Assembly: GCA_965248695.1 (NCBI GenBank)
Contig: CBDFKD010000002.1
Coordinates: 352,001 to 416,000, forward strand
Reading direction: 5' to 3'
Origin: Acidobacteriota bacterium
GTDB lineage: Bacteria > Acidobacteriota > UBA890 > WLXD01
Length of the DNA stretch: 64,000 nucleotides
The translations under genes and the position numbers were made by a program. Position 1 is the stretch's first letter, and every line of letters begins with the position of its first letter. Positions 9,227 through 17,811 of the stretch are shown in pieces. The notes beneath the pieces were generated by a model that did no database searches, was not told the DNA's origin, and saw only the letters and a program-made list of their open reading frames with translations.

Positions 9227-11340
9227 TAGCTTCCGCCCGCCACGGCCTCACCAGCCTCACTGGCCTTCCCGGCCTCGTATTCGCCTAGCGCCCGGTTGAG
9301 CGCGCCGAACAGCTCCTCACGTTCGAGTGGTTTGTTGAGCACCTCGGCCGCCGCGGACAGGCTGTGCTCGTTCTCGCGTCCGACGATGCTAGCGATGACC
9401 ACCGGAATCGCCCGTAACTCCGCGTCCGCCTTCAGCCGTCCCAAGACCTGCCAACCGTCCATCTCGGGCATCATCAGGTCGAGCACGATCAGATCAGGTC
9501 GATGCTGCCTCGCGAGCTCGATTCCCTCTTCGCCCGATCCGCAAATCAACACGCGGCAGCCAGTCTCCTCGGCGTAGTGACGAAAGAGAGTCTGGCAGTC
9601 GCGGTTGTCATCGATGATCAGCACCAGGTGCCCGACGAGAGCTTCGGCTGGGTCTACGTGCTCGTCGTGGAGCGGTTGGACGCCGCAGAAAACCTCGGCC
9701 GGTCGCGCGACGTGATCACCATGGCGCGGCGCCGGAGCATCCTCCGTAAGCAGGATGCTGAACGTCGACCCTTCATCGATCTGGCTGTCGGCGACCAGGT
9801 CGTGGGCCATCTCGCGGCACAACGCCCGCGAGATGGTCAGGCCCAGACCTGTCCCCTCGTACTTTCGGTCGGTACCGCTTTCCGCCTGTGTAAAGCAATC
9901 GAACACCGCATCGAGGCGGTCGGTCGGGATACCGACCCCCGTATCGACGACATCGATTCTGACCGGCCGTCGCGACGCTTCGGCGAGCTGTACCCTGACA
10001 GTGACGCTGCCGGAGTCGGTGAACTTGACGGCGTTGCCGATGAGGTTGACGAGCACCTGTACGAGCCGAGCCTCGTCGGCGCGGATCGCACGCAAGGGGC
10101 GCGGAACATCCAGTCGTAGCTGCACGCCCGTATCCTTGACCAGCGATTCGAACTTGCTCAGGACCTGCGGCACCAAATCAACCAACTGCACATCGGTGAT
10201 CTGTAGCTCTACCTTGCCGGCCTCGATCTTCGACAGGTCTAAGACGTCGTTGATCAGACCGAGCAAGTGCTTGCCGTTGTCGAGCACTCGCTCGAGGTAA
10301 TAGAGCTGCTTCTCTTGCAGCGTGCCGGACTTGTTCTTGCGGAGAATGTTGGCGAAGCCGATGACCGAGTTGAGCGGTGTCCGCAACTCGTGGCTCATGT
10401 TCGCCAGGAACTGTGACTTCGCGTGGTTGGCGGCTTCGGCCTCGTCCCTGGCAACCCTCAGGTCCTGCTCACGCCGCTCACGCTCTACCATCTCGGCGCG
10501 CAGCATCCCGTTCGCACGGCGCATCTTGGCGGCAGCCGTATCAACACGGCGATAGGTCCGGTGAACGCTGAGCATGAGGCCGGTCAACGCCGTGCCATAT
10601 CCAGCCAGCTTGAGCACATGCGCAGCGTCGAACATCGCGTCAAAGGCACGTTCGGACAGCGACATGAACATCAGGTGGCTGCCGATCCCGACAAGTAGCG
10701 AGGCCATGAACCAGAAATCGAATCCGGTGATGGACTTGTACTGCTTGCGCTGGTAGCCGGCGAAGGCGAGGAGGAATAGCGCCGCGGGAAGCATCTCGAG
10801 CGGTCGGTTGAAGACGCCGGCAGCTTCGACAGGCGGCACCGGGACGGTGGCGATGATCACGAAGCCAGAGAGGATCAACAGACAGACCGCCCAGTACAGG
10901 CGCCGTTCGTTGATGCGACCGTCTTGTCCCGCGATGCTCTCGCGTCGCCAGGCCCAGAACGCCAGACAGGCGACTAGCCCCAGAAACAGTCGCGATGCCA
11001 GCCAGCTCCAGCCGATGATCGACGCTGGCGCCGAAGGCAGGCTGGCGGCAAACCACTCGGAGGTCGCCAGGAGGTGGTAGCCGTCCAGAAGGGCAGTACC
11101 GAGGAAGCCGGCGCCGATCACCTGATAGGGGGTGATCCGGCTGCTGTAGTAACGCACCAACGACAGGGTGCCGACCCAAAGCGCCAGCAGGGCCGAGCAA
11201 GCTTCGAGCGTGCTGTGCAGTCCCGGGCCGCTCGTCCAGGTCGCGCCGCGTAGCAAGGCCATGAGGACCGCAAGGCCCAGAAAGACTACCGCCAGCACGA
11301 ACGTCCGACGGCGAATTATTCCCGATCGCGTGTACAACAC
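9226..11340 (-). CDS. Hybrid sensor histidine kinase (MASE3-like membrane sensor, HisKA, HATPase, REC)
   Basis: About 7 TM segments with LHSTLE, LLDGYH and WLASR; FLANMSHELRTPL; NLIGNAVKFT; DTGVG; GTGLGL; LDLMMP. Start GTG 11340 with GGAGG 8 nt upstream. Confidence 0.92.
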   Translation of the reverse strand: MLYTRSGIIRRRTFVLAVVFLGLAVLMALLRGATWTSGPGLHSTLEACSALLALWVGTLSLVRYYSSRITPYQVIGAGFLGTALLDGYHLLATSEWFAASLPSAPASIIGWSWLASRLFLGLVACLAFWAWRRESIAGQDGRINERRLYWAVCLLILSGFVIIATVPVPPVEAAGVFNRPLEMLPAALFLLAFAGYQRKQYKSITGFDFWFMASLLVGIGSHLMFMSLSERAFDAMFDAAHVLKLAGYGTALTGLMLSVHRTYRRVDTAAAKMRRANGMLRAEMVERERREQDLRVARDEAEAANHAKSQFLANMSHELRTPLNSVIGFANILRKNKSGTLQEKQLYYLERVLDNGKHLLGLINDVLDLSKIEAGKVELQITDVQLVDLVPQVLSKFESLVKDTGVQLRLDVPRPLRAIRADEARLVQVLVNLIGNAVKFTDSGSVTVRVQLAEASRRPVRIDVVDTGVGIPTDRLDAVFDCFTQAESGTDRKYEGTGLGLTISRALCREMAHDLVADSQIDEGSTFSILLTEDAPAPRHGDHVARPAEVFCGVQPLHDEHVDPAEALVGHLVLIIDDNRDCQTLFRHYAEETGCRVLICGSGEEGIELARQHRPDLIVLDLMMPEMDGWQVLGRLKADAELRAIPVVIASIVGRENEHSLSAAAEVLNKPLEREELFGALNRALGEYEAGKASEAGEAVAGGS

Positions 11341-11344
11341 GGTG

Positions 11345-11734
11345 CTAGCCTCCCGCCGCTGCCTGACGTGGACCGTCGATGAGTTCGGCGATCGTGTCGA
11401 GCAAGACGTCCTCGTCCACCAGCGGCTTGGTGACGTAGGCATCGAAACCCAGGCTCAAGAAGCGCTCGCGATCGCCGCTCATGGCGTGGGCGGTCAGCGC
11501 GACGACCGGCAACGAGGCGAGCCGCGCGTCCTGGCGCATCTCGGCCAGGACCTGAACGCCGTCCATTCCCGGAAGCGAGATGTCGAGCAGAACCACGTCT
11601 GGGGCCAGCTCTGGCAGTGCTGCCAGAGCATCGGGACCGTTGTCGAACGAGACCAGATCGAACAGATCTTCGAGAATGGCCTCCACCAACAGTTGGTTGT
11701 CCGGGTTGTCTTCAACCATCACGATTCGTGGCAT
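11345..11734 (-). CDS. Single-domain response regulator (DivK/CheY-like)
   Basis: VEDN, LLDISLPGMDG, ALTAHAM, KP. Confidence 0.92.
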   Translation of the reverse strand: MPRIVMVEDNPDNQLLVEAILEDLFDLVSFDNGPDALAALPELAPDVVLLDISLPGMDGVQVLAEMRQDARLASLPVVALTAHAMSGDRERFLSLGFDAYVTKPLVDEDVLLDTIAELIDGPRQAAAGG

Positions 11735-12201
11735 CGCATGTCCTCCAGACGTCGTCGAAGCCGCTCTACAACCGAGGCATACTCACTCGTCAGCAGCTGT
11801 GTGAACTCGGTGTACGGCGATCTGAAGAACCCTTCCGACGCCATCGTCTCGAGGTTCTGGCAGATCGCCCACATCCGCATGGCTCCGAGGTTGCCGGCGC
11901 TGGACTTCAACGTGTGCGCCGCCATTTGGGCGTCATCGCGCCCGTCAGCAGAAGCGGCGCAAATCGCACCGATACGCTGGGGGGCTGCTTCGACAAAGAG
12001 ATCGATCAACTGGCCGAGTAGCTTCACCCCACCCAAGTCGACGAGCTTGTCGACCGTCTCGAGACGAAACGAAGGGTGGTCTCCGGGGGCCGGCAGTTGG
12101 GGGCGCCACGCCGGGATTCCGCCTGCCGCAGCGGCATGGCCGCTGGGCGCCGAGTTGGGTCCCGGATCCCGTTGCCGAGCGCTGCCGTCGTGATGGGCCA
12201 T
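11719..12201 (-). CDS. Hpt (histidine phosphotransfer) domain protein
   Basis: AAHTLKSSAGNLGA motif; GGAG upstream of the start. Confidence 0.88.
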   Translation of the reverse strand: MAHHDGSARQRDPGPNSAPSGHAAAAGGIPAWRPQLPAPGDHPSFRLETVDKLVDLGGVKLLGQLIDLFVEAAPQRIGAICAASADGRDDAQMAAHTLKSSAGNLGAMRMWAICQNLETMASEGFFRSPYTEFTQLLTSEYASVVERLRRRLEDMRCHES

Positions 12202-12240
12202 GCTGTATCTCCCGACGATGCGTGCCGTTGTACTGATTCG

Positions 12241-12365
12241 GCTATTAAATGCTCTTGTTGGACGCTCCTGGCCTGCAATCTAGTATTAAGAGATAAGTAA
12301 ACGCAAACAAAATATATTAATAGTCATAAATTAATGTTAAAAATTAGTATTAGATAGTTAAAGAC
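12241..12365. promoter_or_regulatory. Very AT-rich tract, likely promoter/regulatory region of the Hpt-to-GT2 operon
   Basis: 14 G+C in the 80 nt from 12281 to 12360 against a GC-rich background; TAGTATTA occurs at 12281 and 12345. Confidence 0.55.
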
Positions 12366-12434
12366 AGCTCCGCTTCTTTGACTCAGACCAAGAAACCCGC
12401 GCCGTCGCCTCGGGCGCCGGCAGGGACCGCGTCC

Positions 12435-12539
12435 ATGACCGTAGGGTAGGGGCCGCTTCCTGGTCGATGTTGGTGCATCTCCGAGGAGGAGCAACAGAGC
12501 AAGCGGCCCCATTTCGCCACTGTTGCTCTGGTCGGTCAT
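12435..12539. ncRNA. Candidate structured (pseudoknotted) RNA element; family and strand unknown
   Basis: Three perfect complementary pairs: 12435-41/12533-39, 12449-58/12501-10 and 12489-97/12520-28 (the last two cross), plus an imperfect hairpin at 12459-12486. Confidence 0.35.
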
Positions 12540-12613
12540 CGCCATCCTCGCCGCGCCTTGATCTCGCCCGCAAATCCCATCTGCGGCGCTATCGATTCAT
12601 CGGTTACAGGCCA

Positions 12614-13309
12614 CTAGGTGTCTGACTCGACGCGCGGACGCCAGATCGCGTCGAGCGAGACGACGTCGCTCCGCAGTTGCGGATAGTGCTCGAGCTGTCC
12701 GAGCATGATCTCCATGGTGGCCCTAACATCCGCTCCGGCGGCATGGGCAGCTTCGAGCTCGGCGGCGCAATAGAACCTATACGCCGCTGCCAGGTCTCGA
12801 CGCTCCATGCGCTTGAACACCGCGCAGGCGTCGACGACTCGAATCGTCGCCCAATCGATGTCCCGGCCGGCCCGCTCGAGCTCGGCCTGCAGCATCGGCA
12901 GGTCGAAGCGAGCCACGTTGTAGCCTCCGATATCGGATCCGGCGAGCCAGGTCCACATCGTATCGGCCACATCGACGAACGTCGGTGCATCGACGACGTC
13001 ATCGTTGGTTATGCCGTGCACCTCGGCCGCAGCCGCGGGAATCGACACCTCCGGATTGATCAACGTCGTGAAGCTGCGTGCCGACCCGGCGGGCTCGATG
13101 CGAACCATGGCCACCTCGACGATGCGATCCGTGAGGACATCGAGACCGGTCGTCTCCAGGTCGACGAACGTCAGCGCCTGCTGCAGCTGCAATCCTGACG
13201 CCAGCCGGGCGGCCAGCGCCTGCAGCTCGCCGGACCTCAGGCCCGCCTGCCGCCGCGCATGGGACCCGAGGGCGCCCGGGCCTCCGGATCGAGAACCAGA
13301 ATCGACCAT
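12614..13309 (-). CDS. DEDDh 3'-5' exonuclease (DnaQ/PolC-epsilon-like)
   Basis: FVDLETTG, EVHGI, GYNVARFD, HAAGADV; start codon uncertain. Confidence 0.88.
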   Translation of the reverse strand: MVDSGSRSGGPGALGSHARRQAGLRSGELQALAARLASGLQLQQALTFVDLETTGLDVLTDRIVEVAMVRIEPAGSARSFTTLINPEVSIPAAAAEVHGITNDDVVDAPTFVDVADTMWTWLAGSDIGGYNVARFDLPMLQAELERAGRDIDWATIRVVDACAVFKRMERRDLAAAYRFYCAAELEAAHAAGADVRATMEIMLGQLEHYPQLRSDVVSLDAIWRPRVESDT

Positions 13310-13379
13310 CGGCACGATCTTGCGTCGCAGCGGCCACGACATCAAACCTCGCGCGCCGTGCCCACACCGGTCATAGCCG

Positions 13380-13500
13380 GCCAATATTATGCAAAACAAA
13401 TCAACTCTGTTTATTTCTATCTACTAAAAGGGTTGAGCAGGCTTGAAAATCTTCATTACTCTTGTGACATCGTCATCAGATCACGAGACGCCGGATTCAA
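13380..13500. promoter_or_regulatory. AT-rich divergent promoter region between the exonuclease and the GGDEF-EAL gene
   Basis: Marked AT enrichment between divergent starts; short inverted repeat TGAC-N3-GTCA near 13465-13475. Confidence 0.4.
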
Positions 13501-13504
13501 TACC

Positions 13505-16270
13505 ATGTTTGCTCGCAGCTCAGCTTCGAGGACCGCAAGCCCGCCGGACGACGGCGTGAGCTCCGCCCCTGCCGTATCGCTGAGCTGGAGAGCGGCACTA
13601 CTCCGAGACCCCCTGGTGCTCTGCACCCTGGCCGTGTTCGCCGGGTTCATCGGTATCTACACGCTGCCGTTCGTCGCGTACACCACACTGGTGAGCTTCG
13701 TTGTCGATTGGGCCGATCCCATCCTGATCTGTCTGGCGGTGGTGGCGTTCCTTTCGGGCATCCGACACCTGCACCCGGAGGAGCGCCAGTTCTGGTTGCT
13801 GATGACGGTGGCATTCGTATGCTCCACCGGCGGTACCTGGCTGCGCCTGACGATCCCGGCCGCCGAGTGGGAGGCAGTTGGACGGTTCGCCGAGGACTTC
13901 GTCTTCCTGCTGCAGTTCATCCTCATGTTCCTGGCGATCTCGCTGAACCCACACACCGACGAGCGTCGCTGGAGCGTCAACAGCATTCGGTTCCGGCTCG
14001 AGTCGATCGGCACGATCAGCTTCGCCAGCCTGATCTTCTTCTACTTCGTGATCCTGCCGACCTACTACGGCGACGGAGCCAACAACTTCGCCCTGCCGAA
14101 GTCGATGCACATCGCACTCGGCACGATGTTGATCTTCTCCTTCTTCTATATCGCCTCGTTCTCGGCCAGCCGGCGCTGGACCACCATCTATCGACTCTTC
14201 GGCGTTTCACTGATGCTGTGGCTGGCAGCGGATGTCGTCGAGCTAATGCTGGTGACCGGTCGACTGGACATCCCCGGCGGCATTCCGTACGGCACGATCT
14301 ACGACTTCCTCGGCTTCGTACCCTTCGGGCTGGCAGCGGTCGCGGCACGCATCGGGCGGGCCGGAATCGGTCAAGCCGAGGAGCCAGCGCCGGGCTTGCC
14401 GGCGCGCAACCCACGCCAGATCCGCTACCTGTTCGGCCCCCTGGCGGTCTATACGACTTCGCTACCGCTCATCCATTTCGCGCTCTCATCGCTCGGGTTG
14501 CTCGAGAACGCTGCCCGGACCGCACGTGAGACCTGCGTGTTCTTCGGGCTGGTGCTGCTGGGCGCACTCACGCTGGTGAACGAAAAGCTCATCGAGCGGC
14601 AACGCCGCAACACCGAGCGGGAGAACAAGCGTCTCGCCGCCTTCCCGCTCAAGAACCCGAACCCGTTCATGACCTTCGCCGCCGACGGCGCCGTCAAGTT
14701 CCTCAACCCGGCAGCAAAGCGCGTCCTTGTCGAGCTCGGTATCGATGCGATCGAGGCCTTTCTGCCAACCAAGCACGCTGACATCGTGGCCGACTGCGTG
14801 CAGACACGCGGCGGCTTCCGCGACATCGAAGTCACCGTCGACGATCGCGTGTTCTCGTTCGGCTACTACTCAGATCCGAGCGGCGACGACGTGTTCGTCT
14901 ACGTGATGGACATCACCGAGCGTAAGCGTGCTGAGGGGAAGCTCAAGTACGACGCCCTACACGACACACTGACCGGGTTGCCGAATCGAACGATGGTGAT
15001 GGAGATGCTGTCGCGCTCGATCGAGAAGGCGCGCTGCAACCCGCGCTATCGGTTCGCGCTGGTGTTCCTCGACCTCAACCGATTCAAGATGGTCAACGAC
15101 AGCCTTGGCCACCTGGCCGGCGACCGCTTCCTGGTCGAGATCGGCAGACGGCTCGCCCTGTGTCTGCGCGGCAACGACGTCATCGGACGATTTGGTGGCG
15201 ATGAGTTCGTGGTCATCGTCGACGACATCAAGAATGTGAAGGAAGCGACGCGCACCGCGGAACGAATCCAGAACGCGCTCGGCCAGCCGTTGACGATCGA
15301 TGGGCAGGAGATCGTCACCTCCGCCTGCATGGGCATCGCCATGAGCGACCCCGGCCGATCCCGGCCGGAGGACTACCTGCGGGACGCCGATACGGCCATG
15401 TATCGGGCCAAGCAGCACGACCTGGCCGGCTTCGAGGTCTTCGATCAGCGCATGCACAAGCACGCCATCGCGCAGCTGAAGCTCGAGAACATGCTGCGCC
15501 GAGCCATCGCCGCCGACGAGCTGATCCTGTACTACCAGCCGTTCGTCTCGCTCAACGACGGGTGCATGATCGGATGCGAGGGATTGATTCGCTGGCGGCA
15601 CCCTGAGATCGGTCTGGTGTCGCCAGGTGATTTTATTCCCGTTGCCGAGGATACCGGGCTGATCATTCCGATCGGTTGGTGGGTGATCGAGCAGGCGTGC
15701 CAGCAGCTTCAGGATTGGGCGCCGCTCATCGGCGACCGCGACTTCAAGCTCAGCGTCAACGTCTCGAACAAGCAGCTCGGCGAACCCCAGTTCGTCGAGA
15801 AGCTGGAGCGTCGACTGTCGCGCTACGACATCGACCGCCGGCGCCTCTGCCTGGAGATCACCGAGAGCGTCATGACCGACCTCGGCGATCGTGTGATCGG
15901 ACTCCTGCACGAGATCAAGAAACTCGGCGTCGGCTTGGCGATCGACGACTTCGGCACCGGCTACTCGTCGCTGAGCTACCTGCGCGAATTCCCGGTCGAT
16001 GTGCTCAAGATCGATCGCGCCTTCGTCAACTCGCTGCAGGAAAACAAGAAGGATCGGGCGATTGTGCGGGCGATCACGACCCTTGCCGAGAGGCTCGAGC
16101 TCACTGTCATTGCGGAGGGCGTGGAGACACTGCAACAGGCCAACCGTCTGCGTGACCTGGGGTGCTCGCTCGCCCAGGGATTCCTGTTCTCGATGCCTGT
16201 CGAGGCGTGGAAAGCCGAGGAGCTACTTCACGAGGAGACGCTCACCGCCACCGACTACGTGGCTGCCTAG
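13505..16270 (+). CDS. Membrane-bound diguanylate cyclase/phosphodiesterase (multi-TM sensor, PAS-like, GGDEF, EAL)
   Basis: About 9-10 TM segments; HDTLTGLPNR, RGND I-site, GGDEF; YQP, EGL (EAL variant), EITES, DDFGTGYSSL, KIDR, AEGVE, QG. Confidence 0.93.
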   Translation: MFARSSASRTASPPDDGVSSAPAVSLSWRAALLRDPLVLCTLAVFAGFIGIYTLPFVAYTTLVSFVVDWADPILICLAVVAFLSGIRHLHPEERQFWLLMTVAFVCSTGGTWLRLTIPAAEWEAVGRFAEDFVFLLQFILMFLAISLNPHTDERRWSVNSIRFRLESIGTISFASLIFFYFVILPTYYGDGANNFALPKSMHIALGTMLIFSFFYIASFSASRRWTTIYRLFGVSLMLWLAADVVELMLVTGRLDIPGGIPYGTIYDFLGFVPFGLAAVAARIGRAGIGQAEEPAPGLPARNPRQIRYLFGPLAVYTTSLPLIHFALSSLGLLENAARTARETCVFFGLVLLGALTLVNEKLIERQRRNTERENKRLAAFPLKNPNPFMTFAADGAVKFLNPAAKRVLVELGIDAIEAFLPTKHADIVADCVQTRGGFRDIEVTVDDRVFSFGYYSDPSGDDVFVYVMDITERKRAEGKLKYDALHDTLTGLPNRTMVMEMLSRSIEKARCNPRYRFALVFLDLNRFKMVNDSLGHLAGDRFLVEIGRRLALCLRGNDVIGRFGGDEFVVIVDDIKNVKEATRTAERIQNALGQPLTIDGQEIVTSACMGIAMSDPGRSRPEDYLRDADTAMYRAKQHDLAGFEVFDQRMHKHAIAQLKLENMLRRAIAADELILYYQPFVSLNDGCMIGCEGLIRWRHPEIGLVSPGDFIPVAEDTGLIIPIGWWVIEQACQQLQDWAPLIGDRDFKLSVNVSNKQLGEPQFVEKLERRLSRYDIDRRRLCLEITESVMTDLGDRVIGLLHEIKKLGVGLAIDDFGTGYSSLSYLREFPVDVLKIDRAFVNSLQENKKDRAIVRAITTLAERLELTVIAEGVETLQQANRLRDLGCSLAQGFLFSMPVEAWKAEELLHEETLTATDYVAA

Positions 16271-17811
16271 CGGATGACCCGAAACCAGCCCCGCAGCAGC
16301 CGCTTGGTCAGCGGGGTGAGCCCGGTGCGGCGAAACGCGTCGCCGACCTTGCGGATTACCTCGGCCTGCGTGGGGTAAGGGTGGATTGTCCCCGAGATCT
16401 GCGACAGGCTCACACCTGCCGTGATCGCCAGGGCCAGCTCACCGATCATGTCGCCGGCGTGCTCTGCGACCATCGTGGCGCCGAGGATGCGACCCTTCTC
16501 GTGGTGAACCCGTAGGAACCCCGAGTCTTCGGCATCGAGGACAGCGCGATCAACATCGGCGAGCGGAATCGTGATCGTCTTCACCTCGTGGCCCGCGGCG
16601 CGCGCATCGGCCTCGTACATCCCCACGTGAGCGATTTCGGGACTGGTGTAGGTACACCAGGGAACGACCAGCTTGCTGGCTCTGGCACGGCTGTAGAACA
16701 GCGCGTTCTGGATGACAATCCGCGCCTGGGCGTCGGCCGTGTGCGTGAACTGGTACCACGATGCCACGTCGCCGCAAGCATAGATGCGACGGTTGCTGGT
16801 GCGCAGGAAATCGTCGACCTCGATACCTCGCGCCCCGTAGCGCACCCCGGCAGCATCCAGGCCGAGGTCTTCGACGTTGGGCTTCCTGCCCACAGCGACC
16901 AGCAGGGCATCGACCTCGACCCGGAGCGCAACCCCGTCGTCGAGCTCGAAGCTCACCAGCGTGCCACTGTCGGTAGCCGCGACCTCCGTGATCCGTACTC
17001 CGACCCGCAGCTCGACGCCATCGCTGACCATGCTGGCTTCCACAACCGCCGCGGCGTCCGGATCCTCGCGCGGAAGCACGTGATCGGCCATGTCCAGCAG
17101 CGTGACCTGGCTGCCGAAGCGAGCCCACGACTGCGCCATCTCGCAGCCGATCGGGCCAGCTCCGATCACCGCCAGCCGCGCCGGCAGCTCGGTTAGGGAG
17201 AACACCGTCTCGTTGGTCAAGTAGTCGACCTGGTCGAGGCCCGGGATCGGCGGCGCCACAGCACGCCCTCCGGTGGCGATCACCGCTCGACGGAACCTCA
17301 GCTGGCGATCACCAACCTCGATGGTGTCCCGTCCGGTAAACCGCGCCTCACCGAGATAGACGTCAACACCGAGGTTGGCGAACCGTTCGACGCTGTCGTG
17401 CTCGCTGATTCCCGCGCGCAGCCGCCGCATTCGTTCCATCGCGGCGCCAAAGTCAGCATCGTCTCTGCAGCTCGGCCCGCCGAACTCGGTGCTCGCTCGT
17501 CGCGCTGCATTCCAGGCGCGCGCCGCACTGATGACGCCCTTGGAGGGGACACAGCCGACATTGAGGCAATCACCACCCATCAGGTCCCGTTCGATCAGCG
17601 CGGCGCGGGCGCCAAGCCCGGCAGCACCTGCGGCAGAGACCAACCCGGCCGTTCCGCCGCCGATGGCGACGATGTGGTAGCGGCCGGCGGGTTCCGGGTT
17701 GACCCAGTCGGGCGGATGCACGTTGGCCACAAGCGCCTGGTTGTGAACGTCGGCGGGGCGCAGGCGCGGAGACGAGTCCGTGCCAACGCTTGCAGCGGTC
17801 GATTCAGGCAT
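16267..17811 (-). CDS. Class-I pyridine nucleotide-disulfide oxidoreductase (mercuric-reductase-like/Lpd family, not true MerA)
   Basis: GGGTAG, GGDCLNVGCVPSK, GAGPIGCE, HPYPT; no C-terminal Cys-Cys. Confidence 0.88.
   Translation of the reverse strand: MPESTAASVGTDSSPRLRPADVHNQALVANVHPPDWVNPEPAGRYHIVAIGGGTAGLVSAAGAAGLGARAALIERDLMGGDCLNVGCVPSKGVISAARAWNAARRASTEFGGPSCRDDADFGAAMERMRRLRAGISEHDSVERFANLGVDVYLGEARFTGRDTIEVGDRQLRFRRAVIATGGRAVAPPIPGLDQVDYLTNETVFSLTELPARLAVIGAGPIGCEMAQSWARFGSQVTLLDMADHVLPREDPDAAAVVEASMVSDGVELRVGVRITEVAATDSGTLVSFELDDGVALRVEVDALLVAVGRKPNVEDLGLDAAGVRYGARGIEVDDFLRTSNRRIYACGDVASWYQFTHTADAQARIVIQNALFYSRARASKLVVPWCTYTSPEIAHVGMYEADARAAGHEVKTITIPLADVDRAVLDAEDSGFLRVHHEKGRILGATMVAEHAGDMIGELALAITAGVSLSQISGTIHPYPTQAEVIRKVGDAFRRTGLTPLTKRLLRGWFRVIR

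Noticed and set aside
12470-12525. Resemblance to a cobalamin riboswitch (GGTGCATCTCCG; GCGGCCCC..GCCACTGT)
   Set aside because: No upstream GGGAA, wrong spacing, no B12 box and no B12-related gene downstream.
12435-12545. Hammerhead or HDV-like ribozyme reading of the pseudoknot (GATGA..CGAAA on the minus strand)
   Set aside because: The CUGANGA core is incomplete and there is no room for the HDV P3/L3; kept only as an unassigned structured candidate.
16267-17811. Mercury resistance gene merA
   Set aside because: No C-terminal Cys-Cys, no NmerA domain and no merR/merT/merP neighbours.
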